A DNA stretch of 63,119 bases, the filler included, from Octopus bimaculoides (Eukaryota): NCBI RefSeq assembly GCF_001194135.2. It is 4 parts of 4 records of this genome, joined end to end, with 100 filler letters (N's around TTAATTAATTAA, not from the genome) between each part and the next. Parts side by side here need not be neighbours in the genome. Positions count along the whole stretch, not along the records: positions 48,894 to 63,119 come from NC_068991.1; 3 more parts are not named here. The stretch is one strand, 5' to 3'. A model generated the notes under the pieces. It saw nothing but the letters and a program-made list of their open reading frames with translations. It searched no databases and was not told the origin of the DNA. The translations under genes and the position numbers were made by a program. Positions 63,004 to 63,119 of the stretch are shown here, piece by piece (the stretch's first letter is position 1; each line of letters opens with the position of its first letter).

Positions 63004-63119
63004 TATTGTTGTATTTCGGGATGGTCATTTTATTTATTACAATTTTTTTGGCCAAATAAACACACACGCTATATATTTTTTTTCCTTCACTCATTTATTA
63101 CTGTCATTTTATTATTTTA

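Overview
Eukaryotic, AT-rich, microsatellite-saturated DNA whose repeat landscape (tRNA-derived SINEs, RTE LINEs ending in (GAT)n, Penelope, mariner) looks like an Octopus draft genome; the species call is an inference. The window is not contiguous. Three identical 100-nt spacers (44 N + TTAATTAATTAA + 44 N) join four pieces: 1-15980, 16081-34952, 35053-48793 and 48894-63119. Best-supported host gene: four minus-strand exons (59456-59265, 53174-52981, 52732-52664, 50830-50758) that splice in frame into a TGFBRAP1 (Vps3/Vam6-family) segment. Also present: a plus-strand start exon of a BARD1/BRCA1-type RING protein (9078-9166) beside a probable bidirectional promoter, and a candidate minus-strand start exon (MALAGM) in piece 2. 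The rest is decayed mobile DNA (RTE, HERO-like and R4/Dong-like RLE LINEs, a CR1-like LINE, Penelope, Gypsy, mariner, MITEs, SINEs) plus simple repeats; nearly all long ORFs in the supplied track are microsatellite or N artefacts. No complete novel system could be demonstrated. Best leads: a compact cluster of RNA hairpins with pri-miRNA-like geometry next to a hammerhead-like relic (22479-23020), a degenerate ~59-bp tandem array beside a TATA-containing region (25430-25900), a candidate poison exon in TGFBRAP1, and an AG|GTAAG dual splice site in front of the RING start exon.
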